From positions 73,079 through 137,078 of the forward strand of contig CAVXSL010000012.1 in the NCBI GenBank assembly GCA_963764435.1: a stretch of DNA of 64,000 nt, read 5' to 3'. The translations under genes were made by a program, and so were the position numbers. Position 1 is the first letter of the stretch. Each line of letters starts with the position of its first letter. The DNA is from an uncultured Actinomycetota bacterium (GTDB taxonomy: Bacteria > Actinomycetota > Actinomycetes > Actinomycetales > Microbacteriaceae). Below, piece after piece: positions 34,136 to 48,190 of this stretch. Under the pieces are notes generated by a model that searched no databases, was not told the origin of the DNA, and worked only from the letters and a program-made list of their open reading frames with translations.

Positions 34136-34765
34136 TCACCCCACGGTGGCGCGGAACACGCGCGTGACCTCGCTCACGACCCCATCCCCCAACACCAGCA
34201 CCTCCTGGCCGTGGACGCGGTGCTTGCGAATCGCCTTCTCAGCGGCGGCCATCTCATCCTCCACGCCAGCGCCCTTCATGAGCACCAGCTCACCACCGGG
34301 CTTGAGGAGGGGAGCGGTGATGGGGATCAGGGTGCGCAGGGCGCTCACCGCCCGAGCGGTGACCTGGTCGAGTGCGCCTTTCAGCTTCGACTCCTCCGCG
34401 CGAGCGCGAACGACCTCGACGTTCGCGAGCTCGAGCTCGCCGGTCTGCCGCTCGAGCCACGCCACGCGCCGCTCCATCGGCTCGATGAGCGTGAACGAGA
34501 CATCCGGACGCATGATTGCGAGGACGAGTCCAGGCAGACCGGCACCTGAACCGACGTCGCCGACGCGGCCGGGTCGGAGCAGGGGAGCAACAAGTGCGCT
34601 GTTGAGGACATGGCGTGTCCACAGCCGCGGAAGTTCCAACGGCCCGATCAGGCCGAGCTCCTCACCGTGAAGGGCGAGGGCCTCGGTGAACTGTCGGCCC
34701 TGATCGAGGTGCGGACCGAAGATCCCTGCGGCCTCGGAAGGCTCGGGCTCGAGTCGGTCCGTCAT
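34136..34765 (-). CDS. rsmG: 16S rRNA (guanine527-N7)-methyltransferase RsmG (GidB)
   Basis: ATG 34765. SAM motif VGDVGSGAGLPGLVLAI; 209 aa. Confidence 0.9.
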   Translation of the reverse strand: MTDRLEPEPSEAAGIFGPHLDQGRQFTEALALHGEELGLIGPLELPRLWTRHVLNSALVAPLLRPGRVGDVGSGAGLPGLVLAIMRPDVSFTLIEPMERRVAWLERQTGELELANVEVVRARAEESKLKGALDQVTARAVSALRTLIPITAPLLKPGGELVLMKGAGVEDEMAAAEKAIRKHRVHGQEVLVLGDGVVSEVTRVFRATVG

Positions 34766-34766
34766 C

Positions 34767-34780
34767 GTTTCACGTGAAAC
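34767..34780. promoter_or_regulatory. parS site GTTTCACGTGAAAC, 1 nt upstream of the rsmG ATG
   Basis: Exact 14-nt core. Confidence 0.9.
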
Positions 34781-34799
34781 ATCACGGTCGGTCGTTATG

Positions 34800-34813
34800 G
34801 TTTCACGTGAAAC
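34800..34813. promoter_or_regulatory. parS site GTTTCACGTGAAAC, 1 nt downstream of the jag stop codon
   Basis: Exact 14-nt core. Confidence 0.9.
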
Positions 34814-34814
34814 A

Positions 34815-35312
34815 TCACGCACTGCGCGTGATGACCGTGTGACGATCGGCACCTTCGCCGCGCGACTCCGAGTGGAAACCGCGTTCGCCGACCAGATCAT
34901 GCACGAGCTTGCGCTCGTACGAGGACATCGGCGGAAGCGCCGCCTCGGCGGCACCCGCATCGACCCGCTCAACCGCGCGGTCCACGAGGGTCGCGAGCTC
35001 ATCGCGTCGCGCGTCGCGGGAGCCGCCGATGTCGAGGATGAGTCGAGAGAACACGCCCGTCTTGGTCTGCACTGCGAGTCGCGCGAGCTCTTGAAGCGCA
35101 CTGACCGTGTCGGGCTTCGACAAGAGATTGAGATTCGCGCCCTCGCCGGCGTTGACGGAGACGTAGGCGCGGCCGTTGCGCGCATCGATGTCGATGTCGC
35201 CGTCGAGATCGCAGATATCGAGGAGTTCCTCGATATAGTCCGCCGCGATGTCGCCCTCTTCCTCGAGTTGGGCGATCGACCGCTCGTCCGATTCGTGTTG
35301 CACGTTCGTCAT
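34815..35312 (-). CDS. jag: Jag-like KH/R3H RNA-binding protein
   Basis: C-terminal R3H motif MSSYERKLVHDLV...GFHSESRGEG. Conserved yidC-jag-rsmG context. Confidence 0.85.
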   Translation of the reverse strand: MTNVQHESDERSIAQLEEEGDIAADYIEELLDICDLDGDIDIDARNGRAYVSVNAGEGANLNLLSKPDTVSALQELARLAVQTKTGVFSRLILDIGGSRDARRDELATLVDRAVERVDAGAAEAALPPMSSYERKLVHDLVGERGFHSESRGEGADRHTVITRSA

Positions 35313-35314
35313 GT

Positions 35315-36280
35315 CTACTTCCCACCCTGCTTCTTCGCACGGGCCTTGCTGACGGGCTGCTGGCGCTGCGACGTCTTCTTGGGCTCGACGACGTCATTCT
35401 CGGGCTTCTCCTCGACGACGAGCTTGCCCTTCTTCGCGAGCCGGGCCTCCCGTGCTCGCGCCGCTTCACTGCCGGGCGTGGGCATGTTGTGGATCACGAG
35501 GAACTGCTGGCCCATCGTCCAGAAGTTCGAGACGAGCCAGTAGAACATGACGCCCAGTGGGAAGGCGATGCCGGAGATCGCGAACACCAACGGAAGCAGG
35601 TAGAGCAGGATGCGCTGCTGGCGGAACATGGGGCTCGCCTTGGTCTCGGGCGACATGTTCTTCGAGACGATCTGCAGCTGCGTGATGAACTGCGAGGCGG
35701 TCATCAGGATGATCATGACCGACGCGATGATCATGACGGAGGCACTGAACGGCTCTCCGGCGACCATGAGATTCCACTCGCCGATGAACGTCGACTTCAA
35801 CGGCGCGCCGAGGAACTCCGATTCGGCGAACGAGTCCGCGAGGTCCTGCGTGAGCAGGCCGACTCCCGCCTTGTCATTCTGTGCGTCGTTGAGCACGGAG
35901 AAGAGCCCGAAGAAGATCGGCATCTGCAGTAGGAGCGGGAGGCACGAGGAGAGGGGGTTGGTGCCGGTCCGCTTGTAGAGCTCCATGGTCTCGCGCGACA
36001 TCGCCTCGCGCGAGTACTGGTCCTTCTTGCCCTTGTACTTGTCCTGGATCTTCTTGAGCTGCGGCGCCACTTCGAGCATGCGGCGTTGGCTCTTGATCTG
36101 GCGGACGAAGATCGGGATGAGCGCGGCCCGCACCACGATCACGAGGCCCACGATCGAGAGCACCCAGGTGAGCCCCGCGTAGGGGTCGAGCCCGATGAAG
36201 GTCCACATCGAGTGGAACGCGACGAGGATCAGCTCGATGACCCATTTGATGGGCCAGAGGATCAGACTGAGGATGTCCAT
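35315..36280 (-). CDS. yidC: Membrane protein insertase YidC
   Basis: ATG 36280. MDILSLILWPIKWVIE...QPQLKKIQDKYKGK...LPLLLQMPIFFGLF. Confidence 0.92.
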   Translation of the reverse strand: MDILSLILWPIKWVIELILVAFHSMWTFIGLDPYAGLTWVLSIVGLVIVVRAALIPIFVRQIKSQRRMLEVAPQLKKIQDKYKGKKDQYSREAMSRETMELYKRTGTNPLSSCLPLLLQMPIFFGLFSVLNDAQNDKAGVGLLTQDLADSFAESEFLGAPLKSTFIGEWNLMVAGEPFSASVMIIASVMIILMTASQFITQLQIVSKNMSPETKASPMFRQQRILLYLLPLVFAISGIAFPLGVMFYWLVSNFWTMGQQFLVIHNMPTPGSEAARAREARLAKKGKLVVEEKPENDVVEPKKTSQRQQPVSKARAKKQGGK

Positions 36281-36290
36281 GCGTACGGGG

Positions 36291-36749
36291 TCAGTCCTTC
36301 CGGGACAGGGTAGGGGCGGAGGTCGAGAGCGCCGGCTCGACGGCGGGCGGGCGGGCCTGCGAGCGACGAGCGACCCCCGGTTGGGAGGACCGGTGCTCGA
36401 GTTCGTGCACGCGGCGCGCGGCTGCGGCATCCGCCTCAGCCTTGGGGAACATGCCCTTGGGCACGACCCAGCCGAACGTCGTGATGCGGTAGCGGTCGTG
36501 GCGCGCGGGTCGCACCTCGTCGATGCCACCGGCCGTCCAAGGGTTGCAGCGCAGGATGCGCCAGGCGGTCAGGGTTGAACCGACGACGAGACCGCGCTGC
36601 TGTACGGAGCCGAGGCCGTATGCGGAACAGGACGGGTAGTAGCGGCAGACATCCCCATACAGCGGCGAGATCACGGCGCGATACGCGCGGAGCAGCAGCA
36701 CCCCGAGATTGCGAGGGAGCAGGAACACGAACAGGGCCAGGTCGCGCAC
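36291..36749 (-). CDS. yidD: Membrane protein insertion efficiency factor YidD with a long C-terminal tail
   Basis: GTG 36749, 1 nt after the rnpA stop. YRAVISPLYGDVCRYYPSCSAYGLGSVQQRGL...RILRCNPW. Confidence 0.8.
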   Translation of the reverse strand: MRDLALFVFLLPRNLGVLLLRAYRAVISPLYGDVCRYYPSCSAYGLGSVQQRGLVVGSTLTAWRILRCNPWTAGGIDEVRPARHDRYRITTFGWVVPKGMFPKAEADAAAARRVHELEHRSSQPGVARRSQARPPAVEPALSTSAPTLSRKD

Positions 36750-36750
36750 G

Positions 36751-37122
36751 TCAGGCCCCCTTCGATGCGGATGCCGCCGGCCGGCGAAGGTCGGGGCGTC
36801 GTGTGAGTACGTCCAGCACCTCGGTGCGCAATGCGGACCAATCGGCCTCGGCCGCACCGGGCAATGCGCGCACGACGACATCGACCCCACTCACGCCATC
36901 GGTCAGGGCTTCGCGGCACACGGCCTTCAGACGCCGACGCACCAGATTGCGACGCACCGCGGAGCCGACTCTCTTGGAGACGATGAATCCGAAGCGCGCG
37001 TCAGCGCCCGCTTCCCGCGAGCGCAGGTAGCTCACGGTGTGGGCACTGGCAACCTTCGCACCGCGGCGCACGATGACTCGATAGTCGTCGGCGCTCGTGA
37101 TGCGATTGGCTTTGGCGAGCAC
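36751..37122 (-). CDS. rnpA: Ribonuclease P protein component
   Basis: FGFIVSKRVGSAVRRNLVRRRLKA (RNR motif). rpmH-rnpA context. Confidence 0.9.
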   Translation of the reverse strand: MLAKANRITSADDYRVIVRRGAKVASAHTVSYLRSREAGADARFGFIVSKRVGSAVRRNLVRRRLKAVCREALTDGVSGVDVVVRALPGAAEADWSALRTEVLDVLTRRPDLRRPAASASKGA

Positions 37123-37129
37123 CGAACGG

Positions 37130-37267
37130 CTATGCAGAGAGTTCGGTGCGACCCTTGGCGCGGCGTGCCGACAGGATGGCGCGGCCCGCGCGGGTGCGCA
37201 TGCGAAGGCGGAAGCCGTGCTTCTTGGCGCGGCGGCGGTTGTTCGGCTGGAACGTTCGCTTGCTCAT
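37130..37267 (-). CDS. rpmH: 50S ribosomal protein L34
   Basis: Hand translation [45 protein letters not shown]. Below the ORF-track length cutoff. Confidence 0.95.
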   Translation of the reverse strand: MSKRTFQPNNRRRAKKHGFRLRMRTRAGRAILSARRAKGRTELSA

Positions 37268-37456
37268 TCTTCTTCTCCGGCTATCGGATCCCGCGCCGCG
37301 CACTCGGATACGATGCTCCGACGGGAAAATCGGGTGCCCAAAGGGCTGGGGTCAACCTATTAAAACTACGGCCTCGATCGCACAGGGTCAAACCAGGTCG
37401 ATTCCGAAGCCGGCACGGTGCGAACCCAAGAGTATCCCGCCTTCCTCGGCACTGGC

Positions 37457-37603
37457 TGTGGATAGACACGCCCGTATGGTCGGATCCCTCCGCCGGCATT
37501 TGTCCCCGGGGTCGACATTCGCTACCGTGTGAGACCAGTTATCCCCAGCTTTGCACGCAGAATCTCGGGCCAGTTCGAGGTTCTCCCCAGAGGCAGTGGA
37601 TAA
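37457..37603. promoter_or_regulatory. Imperfect DnaA boxes in the rpmH-dnaA spacer (dnaA promoter/autoregulation region)
   Basis: 8/9 boxes: TGTGGATAG 37457..37465, TTATCCCCA 37539..37547 and AGTGGATAA 37595..37603. Confidence 0.55.
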
Positions 37604-37696
37604 CGCTGAGACCACTTCGCCTCGCGCCGCTTGCATCGTCGATCGGGGGATCGATGAGCGGCGCACACGACGGCAACCGGATGATTGCGGGGAACG

Positions 37697-39118
37697 ATGA
37701 CCGAGCGGCCCATCTCTGAAACATGGGGCACCGTCCTCGATCGGCTTTCCGACGACGAGGCGATCACGCCGATGCTGCAGGGCTTTCTCAGTCTCGTCGA
37801 GCCCAAGGGCATCGCTGCCGGCACGTTCTACCTCGAGGTGCCGAACGATTTCACCGCGAGCATGCTCAACCAGCGGATGCGAGTCTCCCTGCTCTCGGCG
37901 ATGAGCGCGATCGAGTCGCCGGCGTCGGTCACCTCCTTCTACGTGGTCGTGAACCCCGAACTCGAGGAGACTCGCGCCCCCGAGCCCGAGAACACCGCTC
38001 TCGACGACTACCGGATCCCTGTTGAGCTGCCGGCGTCCCCGCAATCGGTCTTCGAGAGCGGCGCCGCCGATCGTCCGCGCGACGCTCGCCTCAATCCCAA
38101 GTACTCGTTCGACAGCTTCGTCATCGGCCAGTCCAACCGCTTCGCGCACGCCGCCGCGGTCGCGGTGGCCGAGGCGCCGGCCAAGGCGTACAACCCGCTC
38201 TTCATCTACGGCGACTCAGGACTCGGCAAGACGCACCTGCTGCACGCGATCGGCCACTACGCGCTGAGCCTCTATCCCGGCATCCGGGTGCGCTACGTGT
38301 CCTCCGAGGAGTTCACGAACGACTTCATCAACTCGATCGCGAACAACCGGGGCTCGCTGTTCCAGCAGCGGTACCGCAACATCGACATCCTCCTCATCGA
38401 CGACATCCAGTTCCTCCAGGGCAAGGCGGAGACGCAGGAGGCGTTCTTCCACACCTTCAATACGCTGCATGACCACAACAAGCAGGTCGTGATCACGAGC
38501 GACGTGCCGCCGAAGCACCTCACGGGCTTCGAGGATCGAATGCGCAGTCGCTTCGAGTGGGGCCTCATCACCGACGTCCAGGCGCCCGATCTCGAGACCC
38601 GCATCGCCATCCTCCGCAAGAAGGCGCAGTCCGAGCGCCTCCAGGTGCCCGACGAGATCCTCGAGTACATGGCGTCGAAAGTGTCGAGCAACATCCGTGA
38701 GCTCGAGGGCACCCTCATCCGGGTCACCGCCTTCGCGAGCCTGAATCGCACGCCGGTCGACATGCCGCTCGTGCAGACCGTGCTGAAGGACCTCATCACG
38801 GATGACTCGGACAACATCGTGGCACCCGTCGACATCATCACTGCCACCGCCGAGTACTTCAAGCTGACCGTCGACGACCTCTACGGCTCGAGCCGATCGC
38901 AGGCAGTGGCGACCGCGCGGCAGATCGCCATGTACCTCTGCCGTGAGCTCACGAACCTCTCGCTTCCCAAGATCGGACAGCTGTTCGGCAACCGCGACCA
39001 CACGACAGTGATGTACGCGAACAAGAAGATCTCCGAACTCATGAAGGAGCGGCGGTCGATCTACAACCAGGTCACCGAGCTCACCGCGCGCATCAAGCAG
39101 ACGAGCCGCTACCACTGA
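37697..39118 (+). CDS. dnaA: Chromosomal replication initiator DnaA
   Basis: AAA+ motif LFIYGDSGLGKTHLLHA, box VII and the C-terminal DNA-binding domain. ATG 37697 preferred; the ORF track starts at TTG 37685. Confidence 0.95.
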   Translation: MTERPISETWGTVLDRLSDDEAITPMLQGFLSLVEPKGIAAGTFYLEVPNDFTASMLNQRMRVSLLSAMSAIESPASVTSFYVVVNPELEETRAPEPENTALDDYRIPVELPASPQSVFESGAADRPRDARLNPKYSFDSFVIGQSNRFAHAAAVAVAEAPAKAYNPLFIYGDSGLGKTHLLHAIGHYALSLYPGIRVRYVSSEEFTNDFINSIANNRGSLFQQRYRNIDILLIDDIQFLQGKAETQEAFFHTFNTLHDHNKQVVITSDVPPKHLTGFEDRMRSRFEWGLITDVQAPDLETRIAILRKKAQSERLQVPDEILEYMASKVSSNIRELEGTLIRVTAFASLNRTPVDMPLVQTVLKDLITDDSDNIVAPVDIITATAEYFKLTVDDLYGSSRSQAVATARQIAMYLCRELTNLSLPKIGQLFGNRDHTTVMYANKKISELMKERRSIYNQVTELTARIKQTSRYH

Positions 39119-39646
39119 CCCAGTACGGGGGCCCGCTTCCCCGGGCGGTGACAACGCGGACGGCAAGCGAGGCAGGGTCGGATGCCACGCGGTCGCACGC
39201 CACACGATCGCATGCACGGGCTCTGCCACCGCGGGTCGACTGACACGCCCGACGCTCACCGCGCTCCGGCCTGCGCCCCATTCAGGGGACGATTCCCACA
39301 GCTGTGGAAAAGTTGTGGATTGTTAACGAGCAACGCCTCGGGCCCTGTTGAGACCTGGCGGCGCCCTGTGCAGAACACGGATGGCGCGCACGCGTGCGCC
39401 ACCGGCATCCTGGTCGAAATCCACACACTGTCCACAGCTCGAACTCCCCTCCTGCCGCGTTCTGGCGGGCATCACTGCACGTCATCCACAGTTTCCACAA
39501 CGGTTAACACCGTTAAGAGAACTGGTTAATCGGGGGCGTCTCCACAACATCCGCGGCCGCTCGCCGCACACGAGAATGTCCCGCCACGGCGCGCAGCACT
39601 CCGGATAGCATGGGGAAGCCAGCCAGCACGCCACGACGGGAGAACC
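39119..39646. other. Probable oriC (dnaA-dnaN spacer) with multiple imperfect DnaA boxes and a less GC-rich stretch
   Basis: 8/9 boxes at 39303..39311, 39428..39436 (CTGTCCACA) and 39482..39490 (TCATCCACA). 7/9 boxes at 39314..39322, 39417..39425, 39491..39499 and 39538..39546. AT-richer segment GGTTAACACCGTTAAGAGAACTGGTTAAT at about 39501..39530. Confidence 0.75.
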
Positions 39647-40798
39647 GTGAAGTTCCAGGTCAATCGCGACGTATTCAGTGAGGCCGTCTCCTTCGCCGTG
39701 AAGCTGCTTCCGCAGCGCACGACCCTGCCGATCCTGTCCGGCGTGCTGATCCAGGCCGGCGACGAGGGGCTGGTGCTCTCCTCCTTCGACTACGAGGTCT
39801 CCTCGAAGACCGAGATCAATGCCGACGTCGAGGAAACGGGCACCGTGCTCGTCTCCGGTCGTCTGCTCGCCGAGATCGCCGGCCGCCTCCCGAACGCACC
39901 GGTTCGCGTCGCCACCGACGAGTCGCGCATCTCGGTCTCGTGCGGCTCGGCGACATTCACACTGCTCTCGATGCCGGTCGAGGAATATCCGTCGATCCCC
40001 GAGGTGGGTGCCGAGTCCGGCGTCGTCCCGGCCGAAGAGTTCGCCACCGCCGTCGCGCAGGTGGCCGTGGCGGCATCCCGTGACGACGTCACACCGGTCA
40101 TCACCGGCGTGCAGCTCGAAGTGCGCGAGAACAGCCTGGGCCTCGTCGCGACCGACCGCTATCGCGTCGCGGTGCGCGAGATCGACTGGGACGGTGGCGC
40201 GGTCGGCGGAGAGCAGGAGTCGATCACGGCGCTCGTGCCGGCGCGCACCCTCCAGGAGGTCGGCAAGACCTTCGGTCATTCCGGCACGATCTCGGTCGCG
40301 ATCACGAGCCGCGACGACCGCGAGCTCATCGCGTTCAGCGCCGACAAGAAGACGGTCACGTCGCTGCTCATCAAGGGCAACTTCCCTCCCGTGCGGCGCC
40401 TCTTCCCCGACACCGTCGACAACTACGCCGTCATGAACACGGTCGAACTCATCGAGGCGACTCGTCGTGTCGCGCTCGTGCTGGAGCGCGAGGCTGCGCT
40501 CCGCTACAGCTTCACAGCCGACGGGCTCACACTCGAGGCGATCGGCAGCGAGCAGGCACAGGCCTCCGAAACGGTCGACGCGATCCTGACCGGAGACGAC
40601 ACGATCGTCTCACTGAAGCCTCAATTCCTGCTCGACGGTCTCGGCGCGGTGCATTCCGAGTTCGTGCGCATCTCATTCACGAAGACCGAGAACCCCAACA
40701 AGCCGGGTCCGGTGCTGATCACGAGCCAGTCGTCGCGCGAGCAGGCCGCCGACGACAGTTATCGGTACCTGCTCCAGCCCAACCTCCTCCTGCGGTGA
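39647..40798 (+). CDS. dnaN: DNA polymerase III beta sliding clamp
   Basis: MKFQVNRDVFSEAVSFAVKLLPQRTTLPILSGVLIQA...; 383 aa. Confidence 0.95.
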   Translation: MKFQVNRDVFSEAVSFAVKLLPQRTTLPILSGVLIQAGDEGLVLSSFDYEVSSKTEINADVEETGTVLVSGRLLAEIAGRLPNAPVRVATDESRISVSCGSATFTLLSMPVEEYPSIPEVGAESGVVPAEEFATAVAQVAVAASRDDVTPVITGVQLEVRENSLGLVATDRYRVAVREIDWDGGAVGGEQESITALVPARTLQEVGKTFGHSGTISVAITSRDDRELIAFSADKKTVTSLLIKGNFPPVRRLFPDTVDNYAVMNTVELIEATRRVALVLEREAALRYSFTADGLTLEAIGSEQAQASETVDAILTGDDTIVSLKPQFLLDGLGAVHSEFVRISFTKTENPNKPGPVLITSQSSREQAADDSYRYLLQPNLLLR

Positions 40799-40962
40799 AG
40801 TCGGCTCCATGACCTGCGCCGGTCGATCCCCGGCTCGCCGCGTCGCCACCGCGCCCGCCGAATCCCTGCGACTGGGTGCGCAGGTCGAGTGCGATCCCGA
40901 TCGGCGGCGCTGTCGCACGACGCGGGTAGCCTAGTCGGGTTCGCATCGGAAGGGAGCCCAGC

Positions 40963-42204
40963 GTGCACGTCGCCCGCCTCTCCCTCACGGACTTCCGCAA
41001 CTACGAACGAGCCGACCTCGTGCTCGCTCCGGGTGCCACGGTGCTGGTGGGTCGCAACGGCCAGGGCAAGACCAACCTCGTCGAGTCGATCGGCTACCTC
41101 GCCACCCTGGGCTCGCACCGGGTCTCGAGCGACCAGCCGCTGATCCGGGCGGGGGCGGATGCCGCGATCGTGCGCGCGCTTCTCGCCCACGGCGAGCGCG
41201 AGCTGCTCATCGAGCTGCAGCTCAACCGGCAGGGGGCGAATCGCGCCCAACTGAACCGCTCGGCCATGAAGACACGAGAGCTGCCGCGCTACGTGCACAG
41301 CGTGCTGTTCGCACCGGAGGACCTCGCGATCGTGCGCGGCGAGCCGTCGGTGCGTCGGCGCCTGCTCGACGAACTGCTCGTGCAGCGCACCCCGCGACTC
41401 GCCGGCGTCATGGCGGACTACGAGCGGGTGCTGCGCCAGCGCAACTCGCTCCTGAAGAGCGCGCGGGCCCGCGGACTCGCGGCCGATCGTCTCACCACCC
41501 TCGACATCTGGGACGAACGCCTCATCGAGCTCGGCGCCGAGTTGATCGATCAGCGTGTCGGCCTCATCGCCGATCTGACCGTCCCGCTCGCCGACGCATA
41601 CCGGTCGATCGTGGACGCCGATCATGCCCCCGAGCTGCATCCTCTGCTCTCCATCGACGGCGCCGAGCCCGACGACGAGATCGGGACGAGGAACGGGTCG
41701 AGGGACGTCGAAGGCACGTCCAGGGACCCCGCGTCGCAAGCCTTCCCTTCCATGGGTTTCGGGACGTCCGCTTCGCGGCCACCTCGACCCACGGCAGACC
41801 GATTCGCCGAGGCGCTCCGCACGCTGCGGCCGAAGGAACTCGAACGCGGTGTCACACTCGTGGGCCCGCACCGCGACGACCTGCTCCTCCTCCTCAACGG
41901 CCTGCACGCCAAGGGGTACGCGAGCCACGGCGAGTCCTGGTCCTTCGCCCTCGCGCTTCGGCTCGCTTCGGCCGAGCTGCTCCGCCGAGACTCGACGACG
42001 GGCGACCCCGTGCTTCTGCTCGACGATGTGTTCGCCGAACTCGACCGGCGGCGACGAGACCGCCTCGCCGCGGCGATCGGGGGATTCGAGCAGGTGCTCA
42101 TCACCGCGGCCGTGCTCGAAGACGTTCCCGAGCCGCTCACCGCTCGCGTCGTGCACATCGAAGCGGGACGCGTCGTGGGCGAGGAGGCGACGACGGATGC
42201 CTGA
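40963..42204 (+). CDS. recF: DNA replication/repair protein RecF
   Basis: Walker A GRNGQGKTN, signature GESWSFALALRLA, Walker B LLLDDVFAELD. Confidence 0.93.
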   Translation: MHVARLSLTDFRNYERADLVLAPGATVLVGRNGQGKTNLVESIGYLATLGSHRVSSDQPLIRAGADAAIVRALLAHGERELLIELQLNRQGANRAQLNRSAMKTRELPRYVHSVLFAPEDLAIVRGEPSVRRRLLDELLVQRTPRLAGVMADYERVLRQRNSLLKSARARGLAADRLTTLDIWDERLIELGAELIDQRVGLIADLTVPLADAYRSIVDADHAPELHPLLSIDGAEPDDEIGTRNGSRDVEGTSRDPASQAFPSMGFGTSASRPPRPTADRFAEALRTLRPKELERGVTLVGPHRDDLLLLLNGLHAKGYASHGESWSFALALRLASAELLRRDSTTGDPVLLLDDVFAELDRRRRDRLAAAIGGFEQVLITAAVLEDVPEPLTARVVHIEAGRVVGEEATTDA

Positions 42205-42749
42205 CGCGGTGCGCCCCGGACAGGGCCCCGGCCGGGGCGCCGGCGGTGCCGGCTCCGGCGCGGGCCACGTGCGCTCCGAGGCGGCCCGCGTGTACCAGCA
42301 CTTCCGCGAGGTCTTCGGCGACACGCGGCCGCGGCCCGGCCGTGCGCGCGGCCGCACCCGCGAGGCATCCGGCAGCGAGCCGTTCGCGCCCGGGTCGCGA
42401 CCCGAAGCCGTTGGGCGACGCGATCGAGGGCCTCAGCGCACAGCTCGGCTGGACCATGCCGCTCTCGCAGCACGAGGTGCTCGCCTCATGGGCCGAGGTC
42501 GCCGGCGAGGAGACGGCGAGGCACTCCGAGGCGATCGCGATCGAGAACGGCGTGCTGCAGGTGCGCTGCGAGTCCACGGCCTGGGCGACGCAGCTGCGCC
42601 TCATGCGAACGGAGCTCGTCACGCGCATCCTGGACCGCTACCCCGAGGCGGGGGTGGAGACGATCCGCTTCCAAGGGCCCGACGCCCCCACCTGGAAAAG
42701 GGGTCCCAGATCGGTTCCAGGGCGTGGTCCACGCGATACCTACGGCTGA
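42197..42749 (+). pseudogene. DUF721/DciA-like protein (Rv0004 position), one extra base in a CCCGGG run as sequenced
   Basis: ATG 42197 overlaps the recF end. N-terminal part ...SEAARVYQHFREVFG...SGSEPFAPG in the frame of ORF 41624... Continues RDPKPLGDAIEGL...CESTAWATQLRLM...GRGPRDTYG in ORF 42246..42749. Shift at 42389..42394. Confidence 0.7.
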
Positions 42750-44885
<2,136 letters not shown>

Positions 44886-44994
44886 GGATGCTCCGCCGGT
44901 CGAGTGGCCCCGCAGGGGCGTATCGAGACCAGCGGGCGACACGGTCTCGATACGCGGCTTCGCCGCTACTCGACCAGCAGGAGAAGAAGAACAG

Positions 44995-47595
<2,601 letters not shown>

Positions 47596-47601
47596 TCGTC
47601 A

Positions 47602-48006
47602 ATGAGTAGCGTCGCCGAGAAGCTGGCCCGAAAGTCGAATCGCCGACCTCCGGCGAAGCAGGTGCGCCTGCGGCTCGTCTACATCGACTTCTGGTCTGCC
47701 GTCAAGTTGTCGTTCCTCGTGGCGGTGTGCCTCGCGGTCATCAGCATCGTGGTGACCTTCCTCGTGCATACCGTCTTGCAGTCCACCGGGATCTTCGAGA
47801 ACCTGAATGCGCTCGTGCAGGATGTCGCGGGGTCGAGCGGCGACCTCACCTCGGTACTCTCGCTGGGCAACGTCATGGGCTTCGCCGTGGTCGCGGCGCT
47901 GCTGAACCTCGTGGTCACCACCGCGCTCGGCGCGATCATCGCGGTGCTGTACAACCTCAGCGTGAAGATCACGGGCGGCCTGCTGGTCGGCTTCACCAAC
48001 AACTGA
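47602..48006 (+). CDS. DUF3566-type membrane protein (Rv0007 position)
   Basis: Conserved gene after gyrA in actinobacteria. IDFWSAVKLSFLVAV... and two TM segments. Confidence 0.75.
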   Translation: MSSVAEKLARKSNRRPPAKQVRLRLVYIDFWSAVKLSFLVAVCLAVISIVVTFLVHTVLQSTGIFENLNALVQDVAGSSGDLTSVLSLGNVMGFAVVAALLNLVVTTALGAIIAVLYNLSVKITGGLLVGFTNN

Positions 48007-48011
48007 TCCGC

Positions 48012-48033
48012 GCCGAACGCGACAGCGTTCGGC
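48012..48033 (+). terminator. Perfect 9-bp stem-loop after the DUF3566 gene (no U-tract)
   Basis: GCCGAACGC, loop gaca, GCGTTCGGC. Confidence 0.4.
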
Positions 48034-48049
48034 CGGATCAGGTCGAGGA

Positions 48050-48128
48050 GCGGCCCCTTCCGGGCCGCGTCTCGAGACCTCGACGAGTGGCGGGCCCTTC
48101 CGGGCCGCTGTACCGAGATCTCGACAAG
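48050..48128. repeat. Two copies of a roughly 40-bp unit, each with a GCGGCCC..GGGCCGC hairpin, upstream of tRNA-Ile
   Basis: GCGGCCCCTTCCGGGCCGCGTCTCGAGACCTCGACGAG (48050..48087) against GCGGGCCCTTCCGGGCCGCTGTACCGAGATCTCGACAAG (48090..48128). Confidence 0.6.
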
Positions 48129-48190
48129 GAGTCTCCGCCCGATTCGGAGATTCCCGGGGCGTCGGGTAGTCTTTCCTTCGGCCGAAATTC

